Shown here piece after piece: positions 20,549-29,459 of a DNA stretch of 64,000 bases. Under the pieces are notes generated by a model that was given only the letters and a program-made list of their open reading frames with translations, had not been told where the DNA came from and searched no databases. Source of the DNA: Promethearchaeota archaeon (GTDB lineage: Archaea > Asgardarchaeota > Lokiarchaeia > Sigyniarchaeales > SOKP01); contig JAHLWS010000082.1 in assembly GCA_019057795.1 (NCBI GenBank), forward strand, positions 96,001 through 160,000. Reading direction: 5' to 3'. The position numbers were made by a program, and so were the translations under genes. The stretch's first letter is position 1. Each line of letters begins with the position of its first letter.

Positions 20549-20887
20549 TTAGTAGTTTTCGATATTGAATTTCTTTTTAGATTCTCTGCGGAAACCAGCA
20601 ATGTTTTTTAAATTTTCGCCTCTACCTGTTCCACCGATAACGCATTTCTCAAGCAAACGGTTCTCCCTATCAATAGTTTTTAAATCATCTAATAGGACTT
20701 CCCCCTTTGTATAAGGTTTTGCTTTGTTTTTGGAATAAATTTTGCTCCAATTAGACATCCACGGTACAGTACATTTCTCTGGAGTTAACAGATAATCGGA
20801 ATATGCCTTTGTCTTAGCTCCTGTTTTGGTTAAGGGCTCAGTTCCTGTATCCTTTCTGTATTTTTCTTGAGTTTTTTCTTTGGTCAT
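20549..20887 (-). CDS. Small basic hypothetical protein with motif similar to the Rpo1N C-terminal module
   Basis: Likely start MTKEK at 20887; YRKDTG..GAKTKAYSDY. Confidence 0.6.
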   Translation of the reverse strand: MTKEKTQEKYRKDTGTEPLTKTGAKTKAYSDYLLTPEKCTVPWMSNWSKIYSKNKAKPYTKGEVLLDDLKTIDRENRLLEKCVIGGTGRGENLKNIAGFRRESKKKFNIENY

Positions 20888-21395
20888 TTTTTTCACTTCC
20901 AATATTTTATTTTATTTGTTTTTTGATTTATCATTGTTCAATTACCTATTTAAGTCTTTCTATTCGCTTCCCAGCATTGAGGTTTCAATTTCAGAAAGGC
21001 AAAAAGAGAATTGAGAAAAGCTCTAAGAAGTATGAATATTCCCCGAAAACCAAAAATGATATTCTCAAAAATTTTTATCGGGATGTATGGAAAACCACTA
21101 AGGCAAGAATTAAAAATCGTAGCAATTTAATAGATTTCTGATATAATCTATATAGGTTGTTCAAAACGCTTTTTCAGTATTATTACTAAAAGTTTAAATG
21201 GGTGAAAAACTATCGTTTAAATATGGTTGAAAGCGTTGAAAAATCGGTTTCTGAACGGTTGGAAAATTGAAAAACAACCAATAAAAGTAAAAGGTGTGAA
21301 AATTGCACTTATTACCTTGTTATCAAAACCGACTAAAAAACTTTTTTACAACTAAAAAAACGCAATAAAAAACCCATAAAATAAAGGAATTAAAA

Positions 21396-22259
21396 ATGTT
21401 AAATGAAAATCAAATAAATAAGATTAGAGAAATGCGGGAAAAAGGCTTAACTATTAAGGAAACGGCAAACGCACTTGAAGTTTCAGAATCAAGCGTTAAA
21501 AAATACACTTCAGAAGACTACGAAAAAGATAACGAACTTGATGAGAAAACGGGAAATTCGTTAACGAAACAATTTGATTTAGAAGAATACGATTTTCAAG
21601 ACGACATAGCTCCGTTGGTTTACAAACTAAAAGACCAAGCAAACGAAATAAATGTTACTCTTCACGATTACCTAACCGATATAAGCAATACCATGAACAA
21701 ATTCCTAAGAATAACAAGTAAACCACAATGGTTTTATTATGTGTTTTGCGAATTAGCCAATAGTTTTTCTCTAATAAACGAACACATAGACGCAACAAAA
21801 TTTATGGAAGCCGTTGATAATTGGTATGAAAGGGAAATAGATATGGAAGAGAGCGAGAAGTTTATTATTGATATTGAAACAAAAGCAGAAAAATTAGTTA
21901 AAAACGCTAAAGAAGAATATAATATTTGGCAAGAAAAAATCGACAATGCCCAAAAAGAATACGAAAAAATAACCTCTCTCCATACTGTTATGATAAATAA
22001 TCTATTAGAGAAACCAAATTTAGAGAAACTACAAAAAACAGAAAAGAAGTTAATAGATGCGGAAAATAGACTAAAAGAATTAGAATTATCAAAATTGATT
22101 TTGATAGAAAAATGTAAAATACTCGAACAATCCGATAAAGATAACAAGATTGCCAAAAAAGAAAATATATTGTTAAAAAAAGCGTTTAAAAAACTTAATA
22201 AACTTTTCCCTCAAGAAATAACCGTTATAATCCAAGAGATTGAAAATGAAATCCAATAA
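21396..22259 (+). CDS. N-terminal HTH + coiled-coil protein (element)
   Basis: MREKGLTIKETANALEVSESSVKKY HTH; long heptad-rich C-terminal half. Confidence 0.7.
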   Translation: MLNENQINKIREMREKGLTIKETANALEVSESSVKKYTSEDYEKDNELDEKTGNSLTKQFDLEEYDFQDDIAPLVYKLKDQANEINVTLHDYLTDISNTMNKFLRITSKPQWFYYVFCELANSFSLINEHIDATKFMEAVDNWYEREIDMEESEKFIIDIETKAEKLVKNAKEEYNIWQEKIDNAQKEYEKITSLHTVMINNLLEKPNLEKLQKTEKKLIDAENRLKELELSKLILIEKCKILEQSDKDNKIAKKENILLKKAFKKLNKLFPQEITVIIQEIENEIQ

Positions 22260-22545
22260 TCGTAACGAAAGGAAAAAATTTGTGTTGTCTATCATGAGTT
22301 ATATGGTACATCCATATACTGCAAAAGAGATACACGAATTATGCTCCGTGTCGTTAGGTTCGATATGTTCATCCCTAAAAAGATATTGTTCTCAGGGTTT
22401 ACTAAAAAGAAAAAAAAATAATGCCAAAATATTTGAGTATAATATCACACAAAAAGGAATTGAAAGGTTAGAGTACTTAATGGGGAGTTTAAGTATTAAA
22501 GAGCAAATCCAGTTGTTAGTTCGAGAGAAAATTAGATTGTTATAA
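22240..22545 (+). CDS. Winged-helix DNA-binding protein (element)
   Basis: TAKEIHE..SLKRY..QGLL.R....YNITQKG.ERL. Confidence 0.7.
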   Translation: MKMKSNNRNERKKFVLSIMSYMVHPYTAKEIHELCSVSLGSICSSLKRYCSQGLLKRKKNNAKIFEYNITQKGIERLEYLMGSLSIKEQIQLLVREKIRLL

Positions 22546-22560
22546 CACGCTTATTGCGGA

Positions 22561-22597
22561 AGAGAAAGGGTTTTATGGTCAATTTTTCCCTTTCTCT
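22561..22597 (+). terminator. Hairpin after wHTH gene
   Basis: AGAGAAAGGG / CCCTTTCTCT 10-bp inverted repeat. Confidence 0.45.
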
Positions 22598-22721
22598 ATT
22601 CTCGGTATTTCTAATTTCTATAAAATATGCTTTAAATGAATATTCTTAAATAGTTTTATTCACAATTATTATTTGGATTTGGCATTGACAAAATAATCTT
22701 TAAGCCTTTTTTTTCGCCTTA

Positions 22722-22904
22722 AGGAAGCTCGAAAATTCAATTGTGTTGAACTCCTTCTCTAAAATCGAGCTTCCTAAATTTTTTTCTTTTCATTATTAAT
22801 GTTAATCTATTAAACTTTTCGCTAATTCCTCTCTTCGATTTTTATCGATTTAGTAGAAAAACGCTTAAATAGTTAAAAAACTATTCTAATTCAACACAAT
22901 TGAA
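22722..22904 (+). promoter_or_regulatory. Regulatory region: 11-bp hairpin, paired TTCAA-N5-TTGAA sites, BRE/TATA
   Basis: AGGAAGCTCGA/TCGAGCTTCCT (22722-32, 22765-75); 15-bp IR 22736-50 vs 22890-904; AAAACGC-TTAAATA at ~22858-22871. Confidence 0.55.
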
Positions 22905-24065
22905 AAAAGTGAAGAATCTATTATTCTAAATACCGACAATAATATAATAAAGAGTAATAAAGAGAAATTAGTAAAAATTTTAAAACATCCACCAAGAAAG
23001 TTTCTCTCAATTAAGGAGATAGTAGAAAAAACTGAAATTAACATTAAAAACATCGGAAAATATCTTAAAATCTTAGAAAATGAAGATAAAATAACAATAA
23101 AACACGGAATAACTGATAAACGGAAAAAGCTAATTAAATTTAAACCAAAAAGGGTTCTCTACTTCTTTAAATTTGGAAATAAATACCTACACCATACTCG
23201 CACGAAGCTCAAAAAAGAAGATTTTAAACTTTTGAATATAATAAATGCGAAAGAACCTCAAGATTTAAACCTCCCTAATGATATAGTCAGAATTATAATT
23301 TCCGTATGGGAAAATCAAGAAAAGATTATTGAAGCGGATTTAGTTAATTTTGAAATAGGATTAGGCGGAACTCCGTCCAGAAAGAGAAGTACAATGTGGA
23401 GACCAGAGTTCTTTAATCTTTTCAGTAAACATGCGTTAGAAAAACTTAAATCAAAATATACCATTCACATCTATTCGTTAAAAGAAATCAAATATATGAG
23501 AAATAAAAAAAAATTCCAAAATAAAGCGTATAGACACATCTTTCACGATAAAGAATGGGTTAATTTACTCATAAAAAAAGAAAAGCGTGAAAGATATATC
23601 CCTACTCCGTTTATCTACTACGATTATTTTATATTACGAGTAAATGATATATTACGAATTGAAAATAATGTTATTATTGAACATGAGGGAGAAGAAAACC
23701 AAACAAGGATACCAACAACACGAACGCTTAATATGTCCGTAAAAGCGTTCGAATATTATCATTATATCTATAATTTCATTAGTTTTCACACTACTATTTA
23801 TACTCAAAATGAGCGTGAACCAAATAAAGAACTTATGAGAGAAATGGATATAGTTGTCATGACAAAGGAAATGAATAGAATAGATGATTATTTAGGAATG
23901 CCCACACTCCCAAATTATGAGGACTACATTGACATAATAATTAGTCGTAAGCAAATAATTCCAAAAATTTTATTCGCCCCCCCGCCAAACAATACTACAA
24001 CCCACTCTAATAACATTTTTAAAAAAAAAAGTACTTTCTATTACCCCCATATAAGTATACTATAA
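22899..24065 (+). CDS. wHTH-containing protein of ~388 aa (candidate replication/regulatory protein); true start upstream of 23232
   Basis: Frame open from 22890; hidden N-terminus KEKLVKILK..LSIKEIVEKTEINIKNIGKYLKILENEDKI is a wHTH. Confidence 0.65.
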   Translation: MEKSEESIILNTDNNIIKSNKEKLVKILKHPPRKFLSIKEIVEKTEINIKNIGKYLKILENEDKITIKHGITDKRKKLIKFKPKRVLYFFKFGNKYLHHTRTKLKKEDFKLLNIINAKEPQDLNLPNDIVRIIISVWENQEKIIEADLVNFEIGLGGTPSRKRSTMWRPEFFNLFSKHALEKLKSKYTIHIYSLKEIKYMRNKKKFQNKAYRHIFHDKEWVNLLIKKEKRERYIPTPFIYYDYFILRVNDILRIENNVIIEHEGEENQTRIPTTRTLNMSVKAFEYYHYIYNFISFHTTIYTQNEREPNKELMREMDIVVMTKEMNRIDDYLGMPTLPNYEDYIDIIISRKQIIPKILFAPPPNNTTTHSNNIFKKKSTFYYPHISIL

Positions 24066-24098
24066 TTATATGCTAGGTATCAAAAGTACTTTTTTTTT
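24022..24098. repeat. Long imperfect inverted repeat (cruciform candidate)
   Basis: A9GTACTTT / AAAGTACT9 outer arms; TACC/GGTA and CATATAA/TTATATG inner arms. Confidence 0.6.
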
Positions 24099-24320
24099 CC
24101 TTAAATCTCTTTAAATAAGAGTTTCAAACGCTCTTCTCATATCCGACCTTTTTGTCAAACTCTCAAAAGCCTACGACTATTTCTCCTCTCGTTCCAATTA
24201 CGATAGAAGCCATCTATTCAAGCTCTTAAAAATCAGCGATTAGAACTTCTCTATTCTTAATTTATAACGATTCTAATTTTTAATTTATCTCAAGAGTAAA
24301 ATAATAAGTCTAATTTAATG

Positions 24321-24340
24321 TTTTAAACAATTGTTTAAAA
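24321..24340. repeat. Perfect 20-bp palindrome TTTTAAACAATTGTTTAAAA
   Basis: Read directly from the sequence. Confidence 0.7.
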
Positions 24341-24522
24341 ACGGTTTTTTTTGTTTAAACCTTTGACAAAAAAAGAATAAAAAAATTATTTTAATTTGAG
24401 TTTTTTTATAGCTTCTAATATCTTATCTAATTTCCCTGTAATATGATGAAGATATTCAATCTGTATTACTTGTAATATATTATCATCTAAATCTCCTTTA
24501 GTGAGAATATTTGTGTGTTTTT

Positions 24523-24771
24523 TTAAATAATCTCAATTTCTCTCAGCTCTTCGTATATTTTATCCATCCATATTTTTTGTATTTTTCTTCTTTTTAAATC
24601 TTTTTTTTCTTCTTCTAAAATATTTCTTAATTTATAAGGAGCTTGGTTGAAATATAAGATTAAATATCTAATTAATTTAGATTTATTTATTTTATTATTA
24701 TCGCTAAATATTTTTAACATTCTATCAGTTTCTTCATCCAAACTTAAAGTTACTCTAACAAATTTTTTCAT
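24523..24771 (-). CDS. Ribbon-helix-helix (CopG-like) protein
   Basis: VRVTLSLDEETDRML....NKSKLIRYLI. Confidence 0.75.
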   Translation of the reverse strand: MKKFVRVTLSLDEETDRMLKIFSDNNKINKSKLIRYLILYFNQAPYKLRNILEEEKKDLKRRKIQKIWMDKIYEELREIEII

Positions 24772-25020
24772 TTATTTTTCCTCTATTATTTTATTTATAT
24801 TATATTTAATTAAATATAAGAATGTTTCATAGCTATAAATAGTTGATTAAACTGATTATATATTTATATATTTATATAATTATATAATTATATAACTTTT
24901 CAGTTAATAGATTTAATTCGATTATATTATTGAAAGTTCTTATAGATATTATATTTTTTAAATAAATATAAAACAAAAATAAGAAATAAAAAAAATTATT
25001 TATTATTACATCTTCCGTTC

Positions 25021-25218
25021 TTAAAAAGTAGTGGCAGGAAGTTGTCCATCTATTTGAAGTGATTTAGCCATCGAAAGTAATACATCCATTAATACATAAT
25101 TCTGAGTTGTTATTTGTTTTAAAACATCTAAAATATTTATAATATCAGCAGATTTAGTATTCTTTTTATGATGTTTAATTAAATCTAATGCTTGATAATA
25201 AAATTCTTTATTATCCAT
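25021..25218 (-). CDS. Small hypothetical protein (element)
   Basis: 65-aa ATG ORF with TATA-like sequence upstream. Confidence 0.5.
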   Translation of the reverse strand: MDNKEFYYQALDLIKHHKKNTKSADIINILDVLKQITTQNYVLMDVLLSMAKSLQIDGQLPATTF

Positions 25219-25372
25219 AATAATAAAATTAATTCTATGAGCTTTATAAATATATCAAAATTAACAAAATAAGAAAAGAAATAATTATTTCAATATGAAT
25301 TAAATGGTTCAATTTGTATAGATTGATTCAAACATTTAACCTTAAATACTATTTGTTGTAATAATTATTAAT

Positions 25373-25498
25373 ATGTCAATTGAAAAAGAGAATGCAGAAA
25401 ATTCTGAAATTCTTAAATCATTGATTTTAAGTTATGAGAATATGGAATCTAAATTACTTAGTATCAATGAAGAAATTAAAAAATTAGAAGTGGATTAA
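25373..25498 (+). CDS. 41-aa coiled-coil-like peptide (not in ORF track)
   Basis: MSIEKENAENSEILKSLILSYENMESKLLSINEEIKKLEVD; converges on the integrase remnant. Confidence 0.35.
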   Translation: MSIEKENAENSEILKSLILSYENMESKLLSINEEIKKLEVD

Positions 25499-25507
25499 AA
25501 AAAAAGA

Positions 25508-25678
25508 TTATAATTGAATATCTTGATATGGAAACCATTTATCAAATAATTCAATATATTGTTTATAATTCATCTTTACATAGGATTCCACATTAACATC
25601 TTTAACCTTATGATTTAAAAGAATTTTTCGATCTTCTACTGGGCATCCCATTAATTGTCTGAAAGTATTTAATGTTCT
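25508..25678 (-). pseudogene. 3' remnant of a tyrosine integrase (56 codons)
   Basis: RTLNTFRQLMGCPVEDRKILLNHKVKDVNVESYVKMNYKQYIELFDKWFPYQDIQL, 48/56 aa identical to the C-terminus of 28000..28914. Confidence 0.92.
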
Positions 25679-25970
25679 CTTTTAATCTCATCACCTAATA
25701 ACGTGGAATTTTTTTTTGGAATATCAGTAATCTCTTTCTCAATTGGAAATCATCATAAAGATTCTATCCATTATTGAAAAATGCTGTAATATTTAACAAA
25801 TTAGCTTTTAGGAAAAAAGATATTAAATAGAAATATATATTAATTATAGATAAACATTAATCAAAAATTTTTAAAATTAAGAGATTAAAATTACTTTTTA
25901 AAATATCAAATTATATATGTTTTTAAATAATTATATTTAAAAAATCAATAAAATATCATAAAGAATAGAA

Positions 25971-26708
25971 ATGATTGATTATAATGAAGTTTTCGATAAT
26001 CCATTATTAGTAGAAGTAGTTATTGAAGCTAGATTTCCTCTTTTATTAAAGATTCCTAGAGACATTGCAGATTTTCAAGAAGCTATTAGTGAAGAATTTC
26101 CTGAAACAAATATAATTTATGATAAAAAAATATTTTTTGATTCAAAAGAAGGTTCAGAAGAAATTAGTGAAAAAGCATGGGAATTCGTAAATCCTGAAAA
26201 TAAGACAAAATGCCAAGTTTTTAATCATAGATTCTCTCTATTTTCTAATACATATAAATCATGGGAAGGATATGAATCAAAAGAGGGATTTCTTGATATT
26301 TTAAAATTTAGTTTGAATAATTTTATAAAAGTATATGGTATCAAAAAATTCAACCGTTTAGGTTTAAGATATATTAACAAAATTGAATTAGAAGAAAAAA
26401 ATTCTAAGTGGTTTAAGAAATATTTCATTCCTTTATTTAATCACGATAAATATAGGATTGAAGATCTTTCTCAGAATTCAGTGCGTTTAAGAGTAAAAAA
26501 ACCGAATTCAGCAGAATTAACAATAATGAGTGGTTTTTTAAAACAAGATAATAAAGATTATTATATGTTAGATTTTGATGCTTATTCTCTTAATATTTTA
26601 CAAGAAAATCTATATGAAACTCTTGAAAAATTACATGAGACTATATTAAAAGAATTCCATTCACTAATAACAGGAGATTGTAGAAAAAAAATGAGAGGTG
26701 AAATTTAA
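25971..26708 (+). CDS. TIGR04255-like protein
   Basis: PL.VEVVIEARF, RLGLRYINKI, LDFDAY motifs. Confidence 0.75.
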   Translation: MIDYNEVFDNPLLVEVVIEARFPLLLKIPRDIADFQEAISEEFPETNIIYDKKIFFDSKEGSEEISEKAWEFVNPENKTKCQVFNHRFSLFSNTYKSWEGYESKEGFLDILKFSLNNFIKVYGIKKFNRLGLRYINKIELEEKNSKWFKKYFIPLFNHDKYRIEDLSQNSVRLRVKKPNSAELTIMSGFLKQDNKDYYMLDFDAYSLNILQENLYETLEKLHETILKEFHSLITGDCRKKMRGEI

Positions 26709-27343
26709 TTTTAAAGACAATACATACAAGAAGAATAATTAAACCATCTGCCGAGAAGGGAATTACTGGACAAAAAGATATTCCTGAATGGGCTGATGTT
26801 ACTAAACTGTTAAAAAGAAGAGAGACTAAAAGTGAAGCGTGGCATGTTTCTTCATATAAAACTATTGCTTCATTAGGGGATATTAAATCTGCGGGATTTT
26901 CTATAGAGGTTTTCCCTGAAGAGAGTGCTTATGTCAGATTGACTCATATTATTAGACCATCTAAATCTCAAGAATTTGAAGGATCTACTCCTGAATTTGA
27001 GCCTTTTCCAGTTATAGATTTATCAGATACTGAATATGTTTGGATAGACATAGAAGAAGCCGATTTTTTTAATGAAATTGATTTTTTAAATCATCAATTA
27101 TATGAAAAAGAGGAAATTATAAAAGATCTTGAAATTCAAGTCAAAGTATATAAAAATAAATTAAAGAGATATAAAAGAAAAATCCCCAAATTTGAAAAAT
27201 TGAATCGAATAATTAAAATTAAAAATAAAATTATATCTAAGCTTGAGAAAGATATTATTGTTTATAAGGAGAATATAGATCGGTTTACTATAGACTTTTC
27301 CTTACCAGAAGGTTATTATGGTAATGAAGAGTTTAATGAATAA
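26708..27343 (+). CDS. Hypothetical protein (low-complexity N-terminus + coiled coil); probable non-canonical start near 26708
   Basis: Frame open from 26702, GAGGTGA SD at ~26695-26701; ORF-track start 26939 looks internal. Confidence 0.6.
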   Translation: MLKTIHTRRIIKPSAEKGITGQKDIPEWADVTKLLKRRETKSEAWHVSSYKTIASLGDIKSAGFSIEVFPEESAYVRLTHIIRPSKSQEFEGSTPEFEPFPVIDLSDTEYVWIDIEEADFFNEIDFLNHQLYEKEEIIKDLEIQVKVYKNKLKRYKRKIPKFEKLNRIIKIKNKIISKLEKDIIVYKENIDRFTIDFSLPEGYYGNEEFNE

Positions 27344-27357
27344 TAGGCGAAATTTGT

Positions 27358-27996
27358 ATGGATTTAATAAAAAGTACTCCATTTCCAGATATATTTTGTG
27401 AACCAGAAAAGAAGAATCATATTTTTCAAGGAGATATAATAAAATATACAAATTATATAAATACAAAACAAGAAAATCTAGGATTTATAATTTTATCAAA
27501 TTCCTGTGATTTAGAAAATTTAAAAAATAAAACAATAATATCTATTGCCCCAATATTTCCTTTTAATTTTGTTTTTGACGATATGCTCAGTGAAGCGTTT
27601 AATAGAACTAAAAAGAAAGTGGAAACATTAAAATCTTCTAAGGAAGTAATAGAACACTTTACAAATTTAGTTAGTCAATATATTTATGATGAATCAAATT
27701 ATAAGAAAAAGTATACATTTCTTATTTCTCCTTTATCTAAATTCGAAAATAATCCAACAATTGCTCATATAGAACATATAACCTCAATAAAAATAACAGA
27801 ATTGAAAATAATTCTTCAAAATAGAATAATATCAATTAAACCACCATGGAGAGAAAAATTGGCATTCAAAACAGGATATATATATAATAGAATCGCAACA
27901 TATACCCCTAAATTCAAAGATATAAAGAAATGGTGGATTTCTACATATAATGAAATTTTTGAAATTAAGAAAAAGGAATTGAAAAAATTCATATAA
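27358..27996 (+). CDS. Hypothetical protein with PemK/MazF-like signature (putative toxin)
   Basis: FQGDII...ILSNSCDL...ISIAPI pattern. Confidence 0.5.
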   Translation: MDLIKSTPFPDIFCEPEKKNHIFQGDIIKYTNYINTKQENLGFIILSNSCDLENLKNKTIISIAPIFPFNFVFDDMLSEAFNRTKKKVETLKSSKEVIEHFTNLVSQYIYDESNYKKKYTFLISPLSKFENNPTIAHIEHITSIKITELKIILQNRIISIKPPWREKLAFKTGYIYNRIATYTPKFKDIKKWWISTYNEIFEIKKKELKKFI

Positions 27997-27999
27997 AAT

Positions 28000-28914
28000 T
28001 CAGAGGTTTATATCTTGGTATGGATACCACCTATCATATAACTCTATAAATTGCTTATAATTCAACTTCACATAAGATTCTACATTTACATCTTTAACCT
28101 TATGGTTTAGCAGTATTTTTCGGTCTTCATTTGGACAACCCATTAATTTTCTGAAAGTATTTAATGTTCTCCTGAATGTATGACATGTAATTGTTTTCTT
28201 TATTTCTAAATCATCTAAAACATGCTTTAAATAAGCATTAAACTGTCTTTCTGTATATCTCTTAGATTGAGTTGATAAAAATAACGCTTTTGTTTTAACA
28301 TTTTTTAATTTGCGTTCTTTAAGATAAAGTTTTAGAAATTTAGCTAACTCTTTAGAAATATAATATACCTTTTTTCCTGTTTTACCCATTGTTTTAATAA
28401 ATCTCTTTTCCAAATTTATTTCATTGTAATCAATATTTATTAATTCTCCTTTTCGCATTCCTGTTTCAGAAAAAATCCTAAATATGAGATAATATTTGAA
28501 ATGTCGTAATTTTAAATAATCTAAAATATCTTTTACTTCCTCTTTAGTCATTACAATATCTTTATTTGTTTCAGGTTCTTTATGATTAATCCCATTCCAA
28601 TTAATTGAATGTTTAGGTATAATGACAATAAATTTATATTTTCTATAATATTCCATGCAAAAGTTAAGAAAGCTAATTATTAATGTCCATTTTGTCTTTT
28701 TTGTTCCTAAGCTGATTGTTTCAAGATGTTTTAAATAATCAAAATAATCTATAAGAATATCTGTATTAATATCAAAGATATGTCCTTTATGACCAAAATA
28801 TTTAGGATTAAAAAAATAGTTTAATGATGATTTTCTTGTTTTAACTGATTGATTAGAATGTCTATAATGATTAAGATATTTGCTTATTATTGTATTATTC
28901 ATAGGTTTATTCAT
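28000..28914 (-). CDS. Tyrosine recombinase/integrase
   Basis: ETGMRKGEL (R), GKTG (K), HTFRR (HxxR), LLNH, ESY catalytic Tyr. Confidence 0.95.
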   Translation of the reverse strand: MNKPMNNTIISKYLNHYRHSNQSVKTRKSSLNYFFNPKYFGHKGHIFDINTDILIDYFDYLKHLETISLGTKKTKWTLIISFLNFCMEYYRKYKFIVIIPKHSINWNGINHKEPETNKDIVMTKEEVKDILDYLKLRHFKYYLIFRIFSETGMRKGELINIDYNEINLEKRFIKTMGKTGKKVYYISKELAKFLKLYLKERKLKNVKTKALFLSTQSKRYTERQFNAYLKHVLDDLEIKKTITCHTFRRTLNTFRKLMGCPNEDRKILLNHKVKDVNVESYVKLNYKQFIELYDRWYPYQDINL

Positions 28915-29411
28915 TTCAGTTTATACCTCCCTCTTGGTGTCAGTTCAATTAATCCTTCTTCATGTAATTCAGTAATTATAGAAAATACAATTTCTTTATC
29001 CAAATTAGTTTTTTCAATTATTTCTTTTGGGTTTAATGTATTATGAGCTTTCAATAAATTAATTATAGTATCTTTTGCTGTAGAATCTGCTTTTATTGAG
29101 AATTTCTTAATCAATCTTAAAGTATTATTCATTTCGTTAATCTTATTTGTTCTTTCTAAGGTTAATTCTTGTAATTCCATAATCTTTTTAGTATTCTGAG
29201 TTAATTGTTCTAATATTACAGGATTAAACTGAAAATTTGATGTAGTTTGAAATAATTCGGGGTTCTCTAATTTCCGAACATAATCAAAGATAGCTATGCG
29301 ACAAAAATCAGACATACTAGTATGCTTTTCTTTAGCTAAATCGTTGATTTTATCTTTCTCATCCTGACTCAGAGAAATCTGAATAAAAATTCTTTTATTT
29401 CCATTTGACAT
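28911..29411 (-). CDS. RHH + C-terminal wHTH protein coupled to the integrase (regulator/directionality factor candidate)
   Basis: IQISLSQDEK...SMSDFCR RHH; LNPKEIIEKTNL..GRYKL wHTH; 4-bp overlap with int. Confidence 0.75.
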   Translation of the reverse strand: MSNGNKRIFIQISLSQDEKDKINDLAKEKHTSMSDFCRIAIFDYVRKLENPELFQTTSNFQFNPVILEQLTQNTKKIMELQELTLERTNKINEMNNTLRLIKKFSIKADSTAKDTIINLLKAHNTLNPKEIIEKTNLDKEIVFSIITELHEEGLIELTPRGRYKLK

Positions 29412-29459
29412 TTTTTTTAAACTCTAAAATTAATTTTTATTATAATAATAGCAACACAC

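Noticed and set aside
20923-21395. 72-aa ORF and possible iteron array
   Set aside because: The ORF is not protein-like; short GGTTG/CAACC and AACGC/GCGTT motifs recur but without regular spacing.
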